A stretch of 64,000 bases of DNA, from positions 61,628,001 to 61,692,000 of the forward strand of contig OZ260665.1 of assembly GCA_965285935.1 (NCBI GenBank). Direction: 5' to 3'. This document shows, one piece after another, positions 27,080 to 41,200 of the stretch. The DNA is from Ophelia neglecta. Lineage: Eukaryota. The first letter of the stretch is position 1. Each line of letters starts with the position of its first letter. Below the pieces are notes generated by a model. That model was not told the DNA's origin. It saw only the letters and a program-made list of their open reading frames with translations, and did not search any database. The translations under genes were made by a program, and so were the position numbers.

Positions 27080-28429
27080 CCATTTACGAGAGCGTGGCTT
27101 GGGACCGAAGCACTGCTAAATTCCCTTTCGAATGTTTACAGTTTATCCCGATTGATTACAGAACAACTGTACGCTCTCATGGACAAGTTATCCTCCATAA
27201 TCATTTGGCATTATGATAAGTGTAATGTCCAGGTCTGTATATGGTCATACGTACAACGAAGGAAGGCGACTTACCAACGACAACCCAACATGTCTACAAG
27301 TTCATCTAGACAAGCTATTAGAGGACCTCGTGTTTAAAACACCGCTTGAAACGCGTACGACCGCATTCTTCCGATCTTTCTTTACAAAGTTAATTCAAAC
27401 TTGCCATGCTGTTTTTTATAACTTGCAATTCGGAAGTGTTCGTAGGCAATATCCGTTAGAATTATATTGAAGGTTTGAGTCCTATGACCATTGAAGCTTC
27501 ACACGGTGTTTTTTGAAATTTTAACATAATTCACGGGGGTTCGTCTATTTGCCGCGCCTTTCCTTATCGGTGTATTACAAAGCCCACAAGGATTATTACG
27601 GCGAGATAATACGGATTAATCTCTATACAGTGACACAGAGGACATATACAGTCGGTGTGTTTATGAGACGGTCAATCTTCACCTTGATTAGACAATGATG
27701 TGTCTCAGTGAATAAACTCGCCCTTCGAGTTGTTTTTCTACTTATTTATTGTTGGAGCTACCTCCTTAATCCGATCTCGAGGATGTGCATGCGGCTGTCA
27801 AACTACAACCATCTATATAACTTATATTTGTGATGTTTTACCGTGTGATTTTAAATACAAATTGCTTCATAACAAATAGAAGTGGACGAGTCTACCTTAT
27901 TAATTAAGGTGTTTACTAATAGATCTTTTAGCCTACATGATAGATTTGAGTTGCTGTTTTATTAAATGTAGATTTGAGTTAAGTATAATAATCAGTTTTT
28001 TTATACTCCGTAATTCCGTAATCTCTACCTGAGATTAGCTTATATTTAAGTAAAGACCATTCATTTATCCTGATTAGTCTTGTAACACAAACTACAATCA
28101 GATTGTTTTAATTAAATGTTTATAAATGTAGGGGAATCTGAGTTCTTGATCCGAATCGCTTTCCTACTAGAAACAAATTGATCTGAAAATATGTCAGGAA
28201 CCGTCTGTAATGATGGTACAGAAAGTTTCGGTTGTCGGTCCCTTTAACAAAACTCTACCGAAGATTTATTTTATTTAACACCTGGAATAAGCTTTTTCTA
28301 ATTCGAAAAAAACTAGATTTTGCACCCAAACAGATGGTTTTTGTTACACAATGTATATAAATGCAGAACCCAGAGAAAACATTATATAAAATCAACGTGA
28401 CGGTTGATTGGTACTTATCCAGAGTAGGG

Positions 28430-30420
28430 CCCCACCAAGCAAAAAAACGTTTTTTAAATGTCTTAAAAATGTTTTTTTTTCAAAACATATAAACGTTTGA
28501 TAAAACCTAGATAAAAATATTATTAAACATTAATTTGTTGGTTCTTATTAACATTAATTTACCGTTTTTTAGAAACATTTTCAACATGCGTTTTTATAAT
28601 GTTTTTCCTCAAACGTCTTTTCAACGTTATTTTGTTGAGTTTTTAAACATATTTTAAACGTTTTTAAATAACATTTTAACAAACGTTTTCCTCAAACGTG
28701 TTTCCAACGTTCTTTTGTTGGTTATTTTTAACATATTTTTAACGTTTAAAAAAAACATTCACAGTATTATTCCTTAAATGCGTTCTTTTTAACATAGTTT
28801 TAACATTTTCACAAAAACATTCTTAACAAACGTTTTTATAATGATTTGTCTCAAAAGTGTTTCCAACATTATTATGTTGGCTTTTTTTAACATATGTTAA
28901 CGTTTTTAAAAACATTCACAATATTATTTCTTAAATGCGTTTTCAAGATTTCTTTCTTCTTTTAAACATTTAAATAATATAGATACAACATTTTTCAACT
29001 ATTAACAAAGTTAATTTAATGGGGCAACACTGCCATAAATGATAAAAGCTTTACTTTTACACAAATTCATCAAGCATGCCATAGCTTTCTAGCTTCCTAG
29101 CAATACTTTGTAGCTTTCTTTAACATACTTTTTATGGCATAAAGGTTTACAAAACTTTTTACGTTGCACATCTCAGGTGATATAACACATCTAAAATCAA
29201 TCTAAATTGAACTTTAAACAAATGGCAATATACTTTATTTGATCACATTATAGAACCCCTACTCCAACATGTGATATATAGTGGACATGTTATACCAAAA
29301 ATAGTATTTCATAAGTGAATAAACATAAAGTTCAAAATATGGTAGAAAGTTAAGCAAATAGTTGTGTTATTCTGCGCCATTATTTAGAACAAAGAAGCAT
29401 AGAAAAAAATCCTATGACAAAAACGTACATGTGTCAGAATCGTACATGCGCGCGCATGTGTCAGAATCGTACATGCGCGCGCATGTGTCAGAATCGTACA
29501 TGCGCGCGCATGTGTCAGAATCGTACATGCGCGCGCATGTGTCAGAATCGTACTTGCGCGCGCATGTGTCAGAATCGTTCATGCGCGCGCATGTGTCAGA
29601 ATCGTACATGCGCGCGCATGTCTCAGAAACGTACATGCGCACGCATGTGTCAGAAACGTACATGCGCGCGCATGTCTCAGAATCGTTCATGCGCGCGCAT
29701 GTCTCAAAACTGTTTATGCGCACGCATGTCTGAAAACTGTTTATGCGCACGCATGTCTGAAAACTGTTCATGCGCCCGTAGGTCATTTTGTGAGCCATGC
29801 GTGCCCAGACAAAAAATTGAGTAGCCTCGGAAGTGGTAGCCTTTCAGCATACTTAAGGGCATTCTCTTCAGCAGAATATTTGTCCTATACATAATTGGGG
29901 ACACCATTAAGTTCATGGTGTTGTAGTGATTCATAAAAAATGTGAACGTGCTTGACTCATGCTATTTAAGATTTTAAGAGGCAACATATTTCCTAGTCCA
30001 AGAATCATCTTTATATTTGTTATATTTTGATAATTTTTACAGTTGGAAATTCTGTATGTAGGTTGCTTTGTTACTTATTTGTTTATTTCATGAATAGTTT
30101 AGGCTTAGCACTACTATGGATATACATTTTTCAAACGTTTTTCATGACTATCTGTTTTATACTGCTTTAGTAACGTTAAAGTAGTAACCATGAATGAACG
30201 TTTGCCTTAAATGTTTGCGGTAACATAATTATCACATAATAAAAAATGCATTTCAAACGTTATTTAAAACTTTTTATTCCAAACGTTTTAAGAGAACTTT
30301 ACTTTTTAACATTTATTTAGAAAATTAAAAATATTTCTAAAACGTTTTGTCTAAACATTTCTCGTTAACCATTTCATTCCACTTTAAAACGTTTGATAAA
30401 ATGTTTAATGTTTGGTGGGG
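28430..30420. mobile_element. About 2-kb non-autonomous DNA transposon (CMC/EnSpm-like CCC termini) with AAACGTTT subterminal repeats and an internal minisatellite
   Basis: Left end CCCCACCAAGCAAAAAAACGTTTTTT is inverted relative to right end AAAATGTTTAATGTTTGGTGGGG. Both arms contain many AAACGTTT/AAACATTT motifs. No transposase ORF and no clean TSD. Confidence 0.65.
29424..29777. repeat. 27-bp CpG-rich palindromic minisatellite, about 13 copies
   Basis: Unit CATGTGTCAGAATCGTACATGCGCGCG. It generates the 9-aa-periodic ORFs in several frames. Confidence 0.95.
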
Positions 30421-33159
30421 ACTATATTTTGTGCAGTGTGCATTATTTGTGTCAGGCGTCACTTCTGACTGTTTTACTAAATGGCCTGGCTGGCAAACTT
30501 TCCCAAATAACCGTTTCTCTTGCGTCTCGTATCTGCAATTCTGTATCAGGTTTACCATATGACTCGGGTCGGGGTGTCGGTTTTTATGTAAGTGTAGTGA
30601 GGAGTGAAACTGGAGATTAATAATAAACTGGGTTGAAGTCATCGGCTCTCAGTTACAGAAATGGAAAGCATATGAAATTGAAACTGAATACTTTTATTGA
30701 ATGCTAAGATGTGGGTCTTACATTTTTTGCAGCTGCCAATTCTACCATAGATATGTTCAGATATGTTAAATTCTCTTGAAGTAATTTGCAAACTCATAAA
30801 GTCAAGTAATTGATTCCAGTAATCATATATATTAAATTAAAAAAATATATACATTGGCTTAGTTTATGCTTTTTATTTGGCGGACGTTATCACTAGACAA
30901 AAACTATGTGTCTTTTTTCTACCATAGGAAATATAATCTACCATCTGCGCATAAGCAAAGGCACAAGTGAAAATAGGGCTTTTTAAAATATACACGCCTA
31001 ATATTTTGAAATCCATTATATGAAGTGTGAATTACTACGCCTTTAGGAAAAGAAATGACGATATATACTTTTCGTGGTGAAGGAGTGTAGTATAGGTAAT
31101 ATGTGAGGTGCGCAGTGTAGTAGTATCCAAAGATATAAGCTTCATTTGTATTTAAGAACAAGCTTAAACAGGACATTTCAATGAGAAAAAAAATACAACA
31201 ATTTTTGTTTTTGCTCTGACAAGGACGATGTTGCCAAGTTTGTCTGCAAACAATTGTCGAATTCCACCACGTTAAAGTAACAATTGACTTTTATTTTTAA
31301 AAATATGATCATTGTCAAAGCAAAACATATAGGCCTATGAAGGGTTTGAAACAAAGGAATTTAAAAATGTCTCCAATCAAGATAGTAGTAGTTAGTCCTT
31401 GATCGGATGTATGAAGGACATTCAAATCCGGTCACGAGTATAGCCCAGATAAGTTGTTTGCCAAAATCTTGTATTATGGGGATTTCATGCTGGTCTAAAC
31501 AAAGGAAAGGTACACTCGCTTTATTTCAAATCAATATTGCACTTGAAACTAGGTACTGCAACTTGCATGGTATATAGAGAGTGTGGTCGCATACCACTGT
31601 ATCACCGGTATATTCGCTTAGAAACATTTCTGAAATTCTGGGGACAGTTAAGCCCAAAATAAAACCGGGCTTATGTAGTACAGTATATCATGAGACATGT
31701 TCGAAGCAACTGACTAACAAATGGTTGGAAAGGTTACCATATTAGCATGGGATAACCAAATTGTATCTATTACCAGTATGTAGCTCATTAAGTTTAATGT
31801 ATGATAGGAAACATCTCTAGATAATAACCTTCTCCTTATTTGCGAAGAGGAGTTTCTGGGTGGAATGGCCTAGCAATTTGTCGTTTTCTATGTAGATCAA
31901 AAATACCCAAAGAAAACAGAAAATGTTGGCATTTGGTGGGGTATTGTTTAATTGTGCACTTCTAAATGAAGGTCCGTGTTTTTTCAATAACTTGCGTATT
32001 TATATTGAAAAACTAACTACAATGTACATTGCACGTGATATTATTTAAGGAATAAGAGTAGCGTGGTATAAAAAGTATGTATACAAATCATTACCATATG
32101 ATTTAATTTACTTATGTTACTAACAGTCATACTATGTGAAAATAATTTGTAAAATATAGTGTGTAATATACAATGACAATTACAATAATTTAGTTGTAAT
32201 CTCTGAAACTGTCGACATCGGTGGAAGCAACCCTGTAACAAAATTAGTAGTATATACAGCCTGCGAATCCAGCCTATCTTTGGCAGATGGCAATTCCTAT
32301 GCATAATGTGCATTAGTGAAAACATGGACAATCCCTCTTACTTGTTCTGTCACCATCTTGGCTAAATAGCGTTTAGGCTTGCATATTTGATGGGAATATC
32401 AGAATAATATCAGGTTGAGTAAACTACTAATCTATGTCAGAAGTGCGACTAATAATACTAAATATATAATGCAGATCATATAGGATGTTTGAGGTGACAG
32501 TGTGCCAAATAATCTGATACTCTTACGTTCCCTTCATTTTGGTATAGCTTTTCTAACGCAATAGGCTATCTTTTGGATTCCTTCTTATGGTAAGGAACGC
32601 CAAGCATTCAAGGCATAAAAATAAACACACTCTAACATAAATACAGTGTCAGTAATGGCATATATGTTCAAGGGATAGGTCCATAAAGCGTCTTGAACTA
32701 TGCAGGTTACTTTGCAGCAGGGCAAATTCAATTGTTCAAGTTTGTATGGAATAGTGACAAAGACGGTATCATAAAATTCATTCGAAGCTTGGCCGCATAC
32801 AATTAAGTGCTCGGCACCATAAATCAGAGCTTTATACATATTATGGCTGCAGTCTTTAAAATGGTCAGCAACTTGAATAAGTCAGAGAGGTATGTATACC
32901 AGATCTATAGCGTGTTCCCTTCTTTTACCTGAAATTTACCGTACTCTTTTATTTTATATATAGAAGCAACAAGAATAGGATAGATTTTGTATCATAATTA
33001 TGGACACAACTATTTCTATAACTCATTCACCATTTTGAAAAAACTGTCTTAACAGTTGTGAAGGTAGATTCATGCCCGATTATTTCCAGCTTGTCAATAA
33101 ACACCAGCGTGAAATATTTCAATGAAAAACACAAAGCATAAAATATATGTCTCACACAG

Positions 33160-33400
33160 GCTCCCGCTATTGGCTAAAGAACTAGATGTCATGGGTTGGG
33201 ATACTATTGACGAAACCAGCATCATAATTATAGACAAGCCCTGGAATAAGTTCAATACTGCCATCTAGGATCTTATCAACAGGCATATACTATAAAAATG
33301 TGCAAAATGAACAATTCTCCATATGCAACAGAGGATATCCTAACAATAATAAAGGGAGAGAAAGAGAATGTCCAGGAAAAGAAAGAGAATGGTGAAAAAC
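33160..33400 (+). mobile_element. Degenerate LINE ORF2 fragment (endonuclease-RT linker)
   Basis: Translates as LAKELDVMGWDTIDETSIIIIDKPWNKFNTAI*DLINRH...NSPYATEDILTIIK, matching the W..F...I...I.KH / PW.T..I pattern of CR1/L2/Jockey-type linkers, with stops. Confidence 0.45.
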
Positions 33401-33749
33401 TTCGAATGCTCCTCAACTAGATTCACCATCCTATATGAGCAATACAGGGGACACGAGAGAGTACTCCAGAAGGAACTCAGATGAATTTACTAGTCCCACT
33501 TTTAAAGTATAACACCTCTAACAGAGGATGAAACATTCGATGGCTTCTTCAGAGATTCTGGAGCTTCATCAAGAGAACGAGGGAAGAGTTCGCCTTGATA
33601 CGACATTCTGAACATACAAACTGAATCCGTCTTCACATGTGAACAGGGAATGTCAGTTGATCTCTATGTGGGATAAGCGCGCATTATGTGCCACTTCAAT
33701 TTGATTAGCTGTCTTAAAACTTAAAGGAAAATGTAAAATGACTTGCCTT

Positions 33750-34010
33750 GGTTTCGGGGCAACTGCAGTTCGACTTGGGGGCTACTTCAATTTGACTTGT
33801 GTGCAACTGCAGTTTGACTTGGAGGCTACACCAATTTGACTTGCGTGGCAACTAAAGTTTGACTTGAAGGCTACTTCAATTTGATTTGTGTGCAACTACA
33901 AGATGACTTGGGGGTAACTTCTTTAATTTGATTTGTGTGCAACTACAAGATGACTTGGGGGTAACTTCTTTAATTTGATTTTGGGCTTCTTCAATTTGAC
34001 TTGGAGCAAC
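33750..34010. repeat. About 44-bp (2 x 22-bp) tandem repeat, 5-6 copies
   Basis: Unit CAACTGCAGTTTGACTTGGAGGCTACTTCAATTTGACTTGTGTG. Confidence 0.85.
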
Positions 34011-35314
34011 CTTGGCTAATAACTCATTCATGACCATTCGTATATACTCAAATTGCAAACGCCCTCAGGCCATTTTCACTATTTACCCCCACAGATCTGC
34101 GGCCAGTGGTATAAGCACCCCACTAATGGAGGACATCAGTTCCACAGGCGTGGACATTATGGCCCCAAACCTTACATCCATCCACAGACAGTCATACGAA
34201 GGCGGCAAACCCTCGAAAGAGACTCCGCCATTAACTTAACCACTACATTTATCTTCAGCCAAGTATAGCCAAATACCCCACTGTATGTGACTTTAGCACA
34301 ATCTGCACAATTACCAAATATCCGCAATAAAGCTAATAAGAGCCCCAGATTTTTGAGACGTCGTAACGTACAAATCAGCGGTACCTCAAGAGCTAGGTAG
34401 GCCACTACTCGAGTTGGCTCCGTTTTTGCTCCCCGTAAACCACATTTAAAGCGATTCAGTATATAGGACGGATGGAAACAGAGCTGCACCAGTCCCACAG
34501 ACGATCTCATTGCCTGCCGGGTTTGGGACACGGCCGCACCATGCAGACCATCCGGCATCCAACAGCTGAGTTCTCTTATTATGAGGTTGCATATAAATGG
34601 ATGAAGAAAATTTAAACTTGGGCGATAGCGCTAGTTTGCACACTGCGGCCACCTTGAATACGGCAGCCATCATGCATAAAATGTCCTCCTCTGTGTTTAC
34701 AACATACAATGCTAAGAAAGTATTCATCGATTACCAAACCAAGTTTAATTGACATATGTTTGGTTTTCAAATAGTATGGGATCTACGTAGTGTCAAACCT
34801 AATAATGAACCGTTTAATCTTGTTTGTTCGAATTGTATCCTATGCCTTGTAGCTTATATTTCGACAACAAACAACACATATTTAGCACCGAAGTCAAAGT
34901 GAGACGCGGTAAATGCCAGGCACAATAATTTACATAAACTAAAAGGAAATGGATCGGTCCAAGGGGCTCTATACACAAACTTGACCTTAAGTAGCGTAAA
35001 CTTATCTCATGATATTTCCAGTCATACAAAGTATGGTCAATAATACATCCAATATACTTGAACATAGTTTAATTCTCAGCGGAAACTCTATCACAAATAA
35101 TATCAAATGTCTAAACATTTACGCATGAAAAGAATGATATGCTCTAGACTGTTGCCGATATACACCTTGAAAATAATCTGTTAATAATTCACCTCAATTT
35201 GCGATATGAACATGCTGATTTGTCTCATGTTTATTCAATTTTTTGTATTTTAATCGCGAGGGGCACTGGTAGGCCTAAATGTGTTTTTTCTTTTCATTTT
35301 TCAATGGCGCATGC

Positions 35315-35650
35315 GGTCGGACCCTGTGACATCATTTCTTGGTCAGCCCACATGACCGACTTAGATATGAAGTCACAGGGATCGGGTCAAATGACCGGAC
35401 TTAGATGTGACGTCACCTGTATGACGCATGTGTCCAGCCTAGATATGATGTTACCGTTATGGAACACGTGACAAGTACATATGACGTCAAATCTAGATAT
35501 GTCACATGATTTGTCCCTGTGATGTTATATCCAGGTCGGCCCCGTGGGCTGACCAAGATATGACGTAACTGGGTTGGGTCATATTACCCGACCAGGAATT
35601 GACGTCATATTTATGAGTTATGTCACTGAGCTAGATATGACGTCAAAGGA
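35315..35650. repeat. Foldback/inverted repeat containing four perfect TGACGTCA (CRE) octamers
   Basis: Arms at about 35317-35383 and 35513-35580 are imperfect reverse complements. TGACGTCA occurs at 35408, 35482, 35600 and 35638. Confidence 0.75.
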
Positions 35651-38265
35651 ATGAGCCAAAAACCTGACTGAAGTCATGTACCTTTAACATGTTTAAGATG
35701 ATTTACTTCGTTACGGCTACTATAAGCTTTTATCCTTTGATTGACCCCCCATTTATCTCTTGCGAATTAACAGGTGAGCAAAATTAGTAGCCCGGTCCTC
35801 CCTATTAATGCACAGAGGAGCTGGTTGCCTTTCAGCAACGTTGAGGGCAATTTCTTAAACGGAACATTTGTGCTTTACATAATACACATTTGGAAAAGTT
35901 AATGGTGATGACTTGTAGTGTTACATAAAAAGTGCATGTGCACGTCTCTTACGTTTATAGACTTTAAAAAGCAACACATTCCTGGTCAAAACATCCATTT
36001 TAATATCATAATTTTAATTTACATTCTGATCGTTTAAAAGTGAAATCTCGTTAGGAAGCTGCTTTGTAATGTATTATTTTATTTCTTAGATTTCTTAGAC
36101 CTGGATACATTAGGCCTACTACCATTGTGGACATACGTTTCTAATACGTGTATAGCAATTTGACTACTTCTAGCTGATTTCTTTATTTTGTTGTTTTGCT
36201 TTTATTATAGCATTCAGTAGTTTTTTGACTTTTTAAAAAATTATCAGTATTCTATTAATAGTAAGATGGATCTTCTGACCAAGAATATGTGAAACTTCAT
36301 AAAGTCTAAAGACGCACAAGACGATCACATGCATTTTTTTTATGAAATGCTACAACATTTATAGAAGAGGGCACCATAGATGTCGGAATTGAAGAGGAGT
36401 TTCCCGGCATACCTACACAGATACTGCAACCTACACGCATGAAGTGCATCGAAAAGAAATGGTCGATTAAGGCGCCAAAAAGGATTAATAACGTATTACT
36501 ATTTAACCTAATCCATGTTATAATTCATTCTGTAAGATACTTTATTTCTTTTGGGGCCATTTTTGAAAAAAAAAAGTCTATGATAATGACTATATGCATG
36601 TAAATCATTCATCAGATAAGTCACATATAAGGAAAAGCCGTCAAAACTTAAGTGTACGGAATTTGTCGGATTGGCCATGCATATGTTATAAACTTCCTTT
36701 CAAAATGGATTTTTGTAATGTTCCGATAACTTCAAACTCGAGTTTGAAAAAAATATACAGGTATCAATTAATGTGATTCGACAGTGGGCACAATTATAGT
36801 CAAACTCAAATACTTATTTGGTGATGTCTGTATGAAGAAGTGTCCGGAATTTTTTCCCGGCGTGCACGTAATTAGACCCTAACTCATCTAGACTGAGCCA
36901 GGAATAAAAAGATGTCTAGACACACAATTATATCCCGTAAATAAAGAGTAAGGTTTTTCATTGAAAACATATGTCGTTTAGATTTAGTCTTACTCCAATA
37001 AATTACGGTAAAGTGGTTTCACTGCTTGCAGAGAATTATAAGCTCTATTTGTACGGAATCAGTATGGAAATGTGTTTGATTATAAAATTCAACAATTAAT
37101 GTACTCAGCTAATCAATAATGTTTGAGAAAAAGAACGCTTGACACTTTTAGTTCTAGATTCGAACAATCGTCAGTGAATTAGTGAAATACAGAGTTATAT
37201 TTATTAATTCATTCAGTTACGACCTGGCATGTAAATGTACTTTTAGGGGCACTTTGCTTTCTTTTGCGATCATTTTTATTAAGGAATTCGTACTGTGGGG
37301 ATCAAGTAATGTTCTCTAAAGAAAATTCATAGGATGAACCTCATATCAGCAGTGCCCGTGCAAACTTAGTTTGCAAAGTCAACCGCTCTCTGCACGGTCC
37401 CAATTTCTTCAGGGTTGGGATAATATAGGCCTAGGCCTTAATACCTCAATAACTTTTTTCTGAACTTGGTTTTGCTTGTGGATAGCTAGAAAATGAGTCA
37501 AAAGGATATGGATATAGCTGCAGCGTGCTTGTCCTTGGGTTTAAGATGTACCAAAAAGTCTGATTTGACTATGTCCATAAACACGCTCGTGTGAATAACC
37601 TTTAGATAAACAAGGCTTAACACTTAGTTACATAGTTCTGTGGTATGCCTCTATCTTATTCTCTCCATCCGTGTATAGTTGTATACAGAATGGAGGTCAG
37701 GTTTCAAGTGACACTTTCACAGCAGCTGCATAAGATAGTTGTGACAATTATCTGTTATGTCGACTTGTGTAGCAATTCATTTTACTCAGCACGATTTTTA
37801 TTTTTCGTGTTTTGTGTGCTTTCAAATTGGTTTTAGTAGCCTTCACGTATATCCTACTGGTCAAGTTCTCTTTTTTTACTAGGCTCCATGTTTGTGTTCC
37901 ATTAGTGTTTTATTCTACCTGAATACTACACTATATTTGTAAAACTATACCTAAATAAATTTAATACAACGTCAAACTATGCACAGAACTCCCCATTAAT
38001 CAAAGCGTGCTTTACATGCCTGGGTGGTTTTCAACCTATTAAATGGTAATTATGCTACACGCGATAACAGTTACTACCTTTCACTGGATCGATTCCACAG
38101 CTACGGTTGAACTAATACGTTTCTGTGGACATAAGAAAAAAACACAGTGCAGTGTTGGAGATCTCTATATAATTATATACGTGCGCGACCGTTTAGAGTT
38201 GACCGTTATACACCTGGAATCACCAGCCAACAGTGTTCACCGTGATCGCGAACTCATTTATAAAT

Positions 38266-41200
38266 ATGGGAGTAAACATGATGGACGTTCAAATAAAGGT
38301 AACATTTAATATGAATAGTAAATTTTAAATGGTAGATGCACCACAAACTTAAGTGTTAGGTCTGACTGCTATATATTTTACAACACGTTAATTTATCATC
38401 TTTTTTATTGAGAACATGTTGTAAATGCAGTACAGAGAAAACTACTATTTTCTTTGCCAACATATGAGGTACTGAAAGTTCTCTATCGGCGAGAGACCGA
38501 AAATGTCGCCATTATTTCTTTAACCGATTATAAATTAGTAAACAAAATAGCGATATCTTTAGAAATGTATATAACATGTATATAACCTAATTCATGCATC
38601 TGAAAGAAATAAACAAGTTATCTTTATACCTGTAGATAGACAAAACACCCAGCGACAGAAAAAACAAGGCATCGGACGGACTGGACCTAACCTACAGAAT
38701 AAATGAAGTGCCGCCGTGGCACCTTTGCATATTCCTTGGTTTTCAAGTAAGTTGACAATTTATGTCTCATGACAAAGGGAGAATAGAGTGCTTGTATTAC
38801 AAAATTATCATCAAATATGATGATGATATTTTGCCTCGCACAGAATTGAACTAGGGACACCCATAGCTCTTGTGAGATGTATATGCATACTGTTTTATAT
38901 AGGTAGTCGTAGCCTAGTGCGATGAATTTATCACCCACTCAAGTCTGTTTTTATATCCTTGTTATCATGTGTCAAAATAGCGTCCGATTTAAAGCAATTT
39001 TCTAAAGGCATGCAGTAGTGTAATGTTATCATACAATACGTTTCTTTAGTGACAGATTTCTAAATACTAGAGAGGATTAGTTCTTCTGATAAATAAGTTT
39101 AGAAAACTTGTGCTTTCAACCACGAGATGTCAAGTTGGGTGTATTCTTATGGTGTTCTATAGGAATAAGTGCTGTCCGTTTGGCAGCTTCTCCAGCTTAT
39201 AAGTAGATATAATAGGGACGGACCATAGTGGTTTCTAGTATGTTCCGGACCAATATGTCCAGACTGGTAACTAATTTAATAATACAGTGCAATCTAAATG
39301 TGAATTCTGGAGAAAGGTCCCGGCTTTTAGAACATTTGAAACAACGCATCAATTATTTAAGAAAGCAGGATGCCGTTGCCGTTGAGCTCCCACACATGTT
39401 ACCGGAAATAAATTTTTACCCGGCTTCGTGAAGTTTTCACCAAGTGTGCAGACAATATTTTGAATCGGGAAGCTTTGACGAGCGCAACAGCCACGTTCTG
39501 AGGGCTACACAATTTGAGACTTCACTCATCATAATCTTCAAGAACCTACTTATCATTTTAGACATTTGTATTCCGGATATTTGAAGCATTGCTTATCGAT
39601 TAAGTCAAAATTATACCGGACTTCTTTGGATATTACTGATTAAGCTTATATAATTATATAGTTTGGAACACGCCTTTGCGTGTTGGCCTTACTGAAACAT
39701 TGTATAGATAGATATAAATCAATTACATTCCTGAATACATAAACAAACCGTTTTATTGTGTTAGGGCCTTTTGAAAAAAAAAACGGGCAGAGGAAACGAA
39801 GCAAATTTATTACACATATTATTGATAGCCTGGATTGAAAGTTTTGTTGATTGCCCCGTGGCTATTTATTTTCATCATCCTGATTCCTATAAGTCAAACA
39901 TCATGTTCCAATATATTTAGTACCCTTTGCTCAGCTCTGATCGTATAAGTTATGTGCTCGTATTGGTTTATTATATTTTTTTGTATATACCATATAGATC
40001 AAGGATGATAAAATGGAATAGCCACGTGCTTCTACCTGTATCAAGTTTACTACCCTTTTCACCCTTTATCATTCCGTAAGGGGTAGTTAATACTGGGGTG
40101 ACTAGGCCATCAAGTTGACCTGACATAAACTTTATTATAACCACCTCGGAATGTTGAGGTCAGTCAGTCATCAAAGCGTAATGTTGGGGTAATAAATCTT
40201 TCTCGTTCGCCACGGCAGAAAGCTGCTTTCAGAAGCACTTTTAAATGCGATGGTAGTTGTAGGAAGTGCCGTGATAGTTAACGATAGTTCTCAGGCCTTT
40301 CTTCAGGAGATAGTCCAGACACAAATCCGTTACCTATTTACCTTGTACATGTCTACATATTGTGAGGCTGAGAATTATGGAAATTTTACAGAAAATCACA
40401 TTTTTCGATCTATTTCCGAGTTTATTATGGTAATAAAACTTATACTAGCCACCTCCACCCCCCGGGCACCATGCTTCAATGAATTTCCATCGCCACGCCG
40501 CGTGACAAAAGGGATTTTAGCTTCTGCGAAATTTTTTGAATATTTCTTGGTGGTTATGGGAAAGTCATTTTAAGCAGAGGAAGCAGTGATAAATAGAAAA
40601 AAAAATACATATCCCACCCCTCCCCACCCCCACCCCTCCCTCCATCCCTATCTCACGCTTAAACAGGTATGTTCCAAAGGCAACAACAGTGTGGTATTGA
40701 GGCTTTATGATCTGATTGACCCATTCAGAAATGTATAAAGTACTCAGGCTTCGCCTCAATTGTATACAGCCATTGCTTAAATAAACATATGCGATATGAA
40801 GCCATGGAAGTGAACGCAAAGGATCAAGTTTATACAGTTTTACATTAGTTTTACAAAATAATTAGACTGGGGGAATTTCCTACAAAGTATTAGTTCAATT
40901 TCTTGTTCAAGGCTTTAATTTAAAAAAAACACTCTTAGGAAACAAACATTACAATTTAATGTGGCAGGTTTCTTTCTTTTCAATAATATATGTTAGAATT
41001 CGTTTTAATCAAAGATAAAATGACAATAGCTAAATCCGTGTGGTTTGACAGTCTCCCTCCGGCGTTTACACTATAGAACCTCCGAAATTTCCTTTGGCCC
41101 TTAATTTACCCCAAAATAACCTCGTTAGAAATGCGCTGAGTACTTTAACATTGCCTGGCGGTGGACTGCGAAGAGGCTGCTGATAACAACAACCAATTAT

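Noticed and set aside
29362-29934. Repeat-protein ORFs (HVSESYMRA)n and (CARMCQNRT)n
   Set aside because: These are by-products of a 27-bp minisatellite that is open in several frames on both strands, inside a transposon.
32380-32900. Possible minus-strand LINE RT C-terminal remnant (YKALIYGAE...)
   Set aside because: Too degraded to support by eye.
34172-34727. GC-richer ORFs, possibly a DIRS/recombinase remnant
   Set aside because: No catalytic motifs were identifiable.
36360-36480. Purine-rich exon-like block (EEGTIDVGIEEEFPG)
   Set aside because: No clear donor site or link to a gene.
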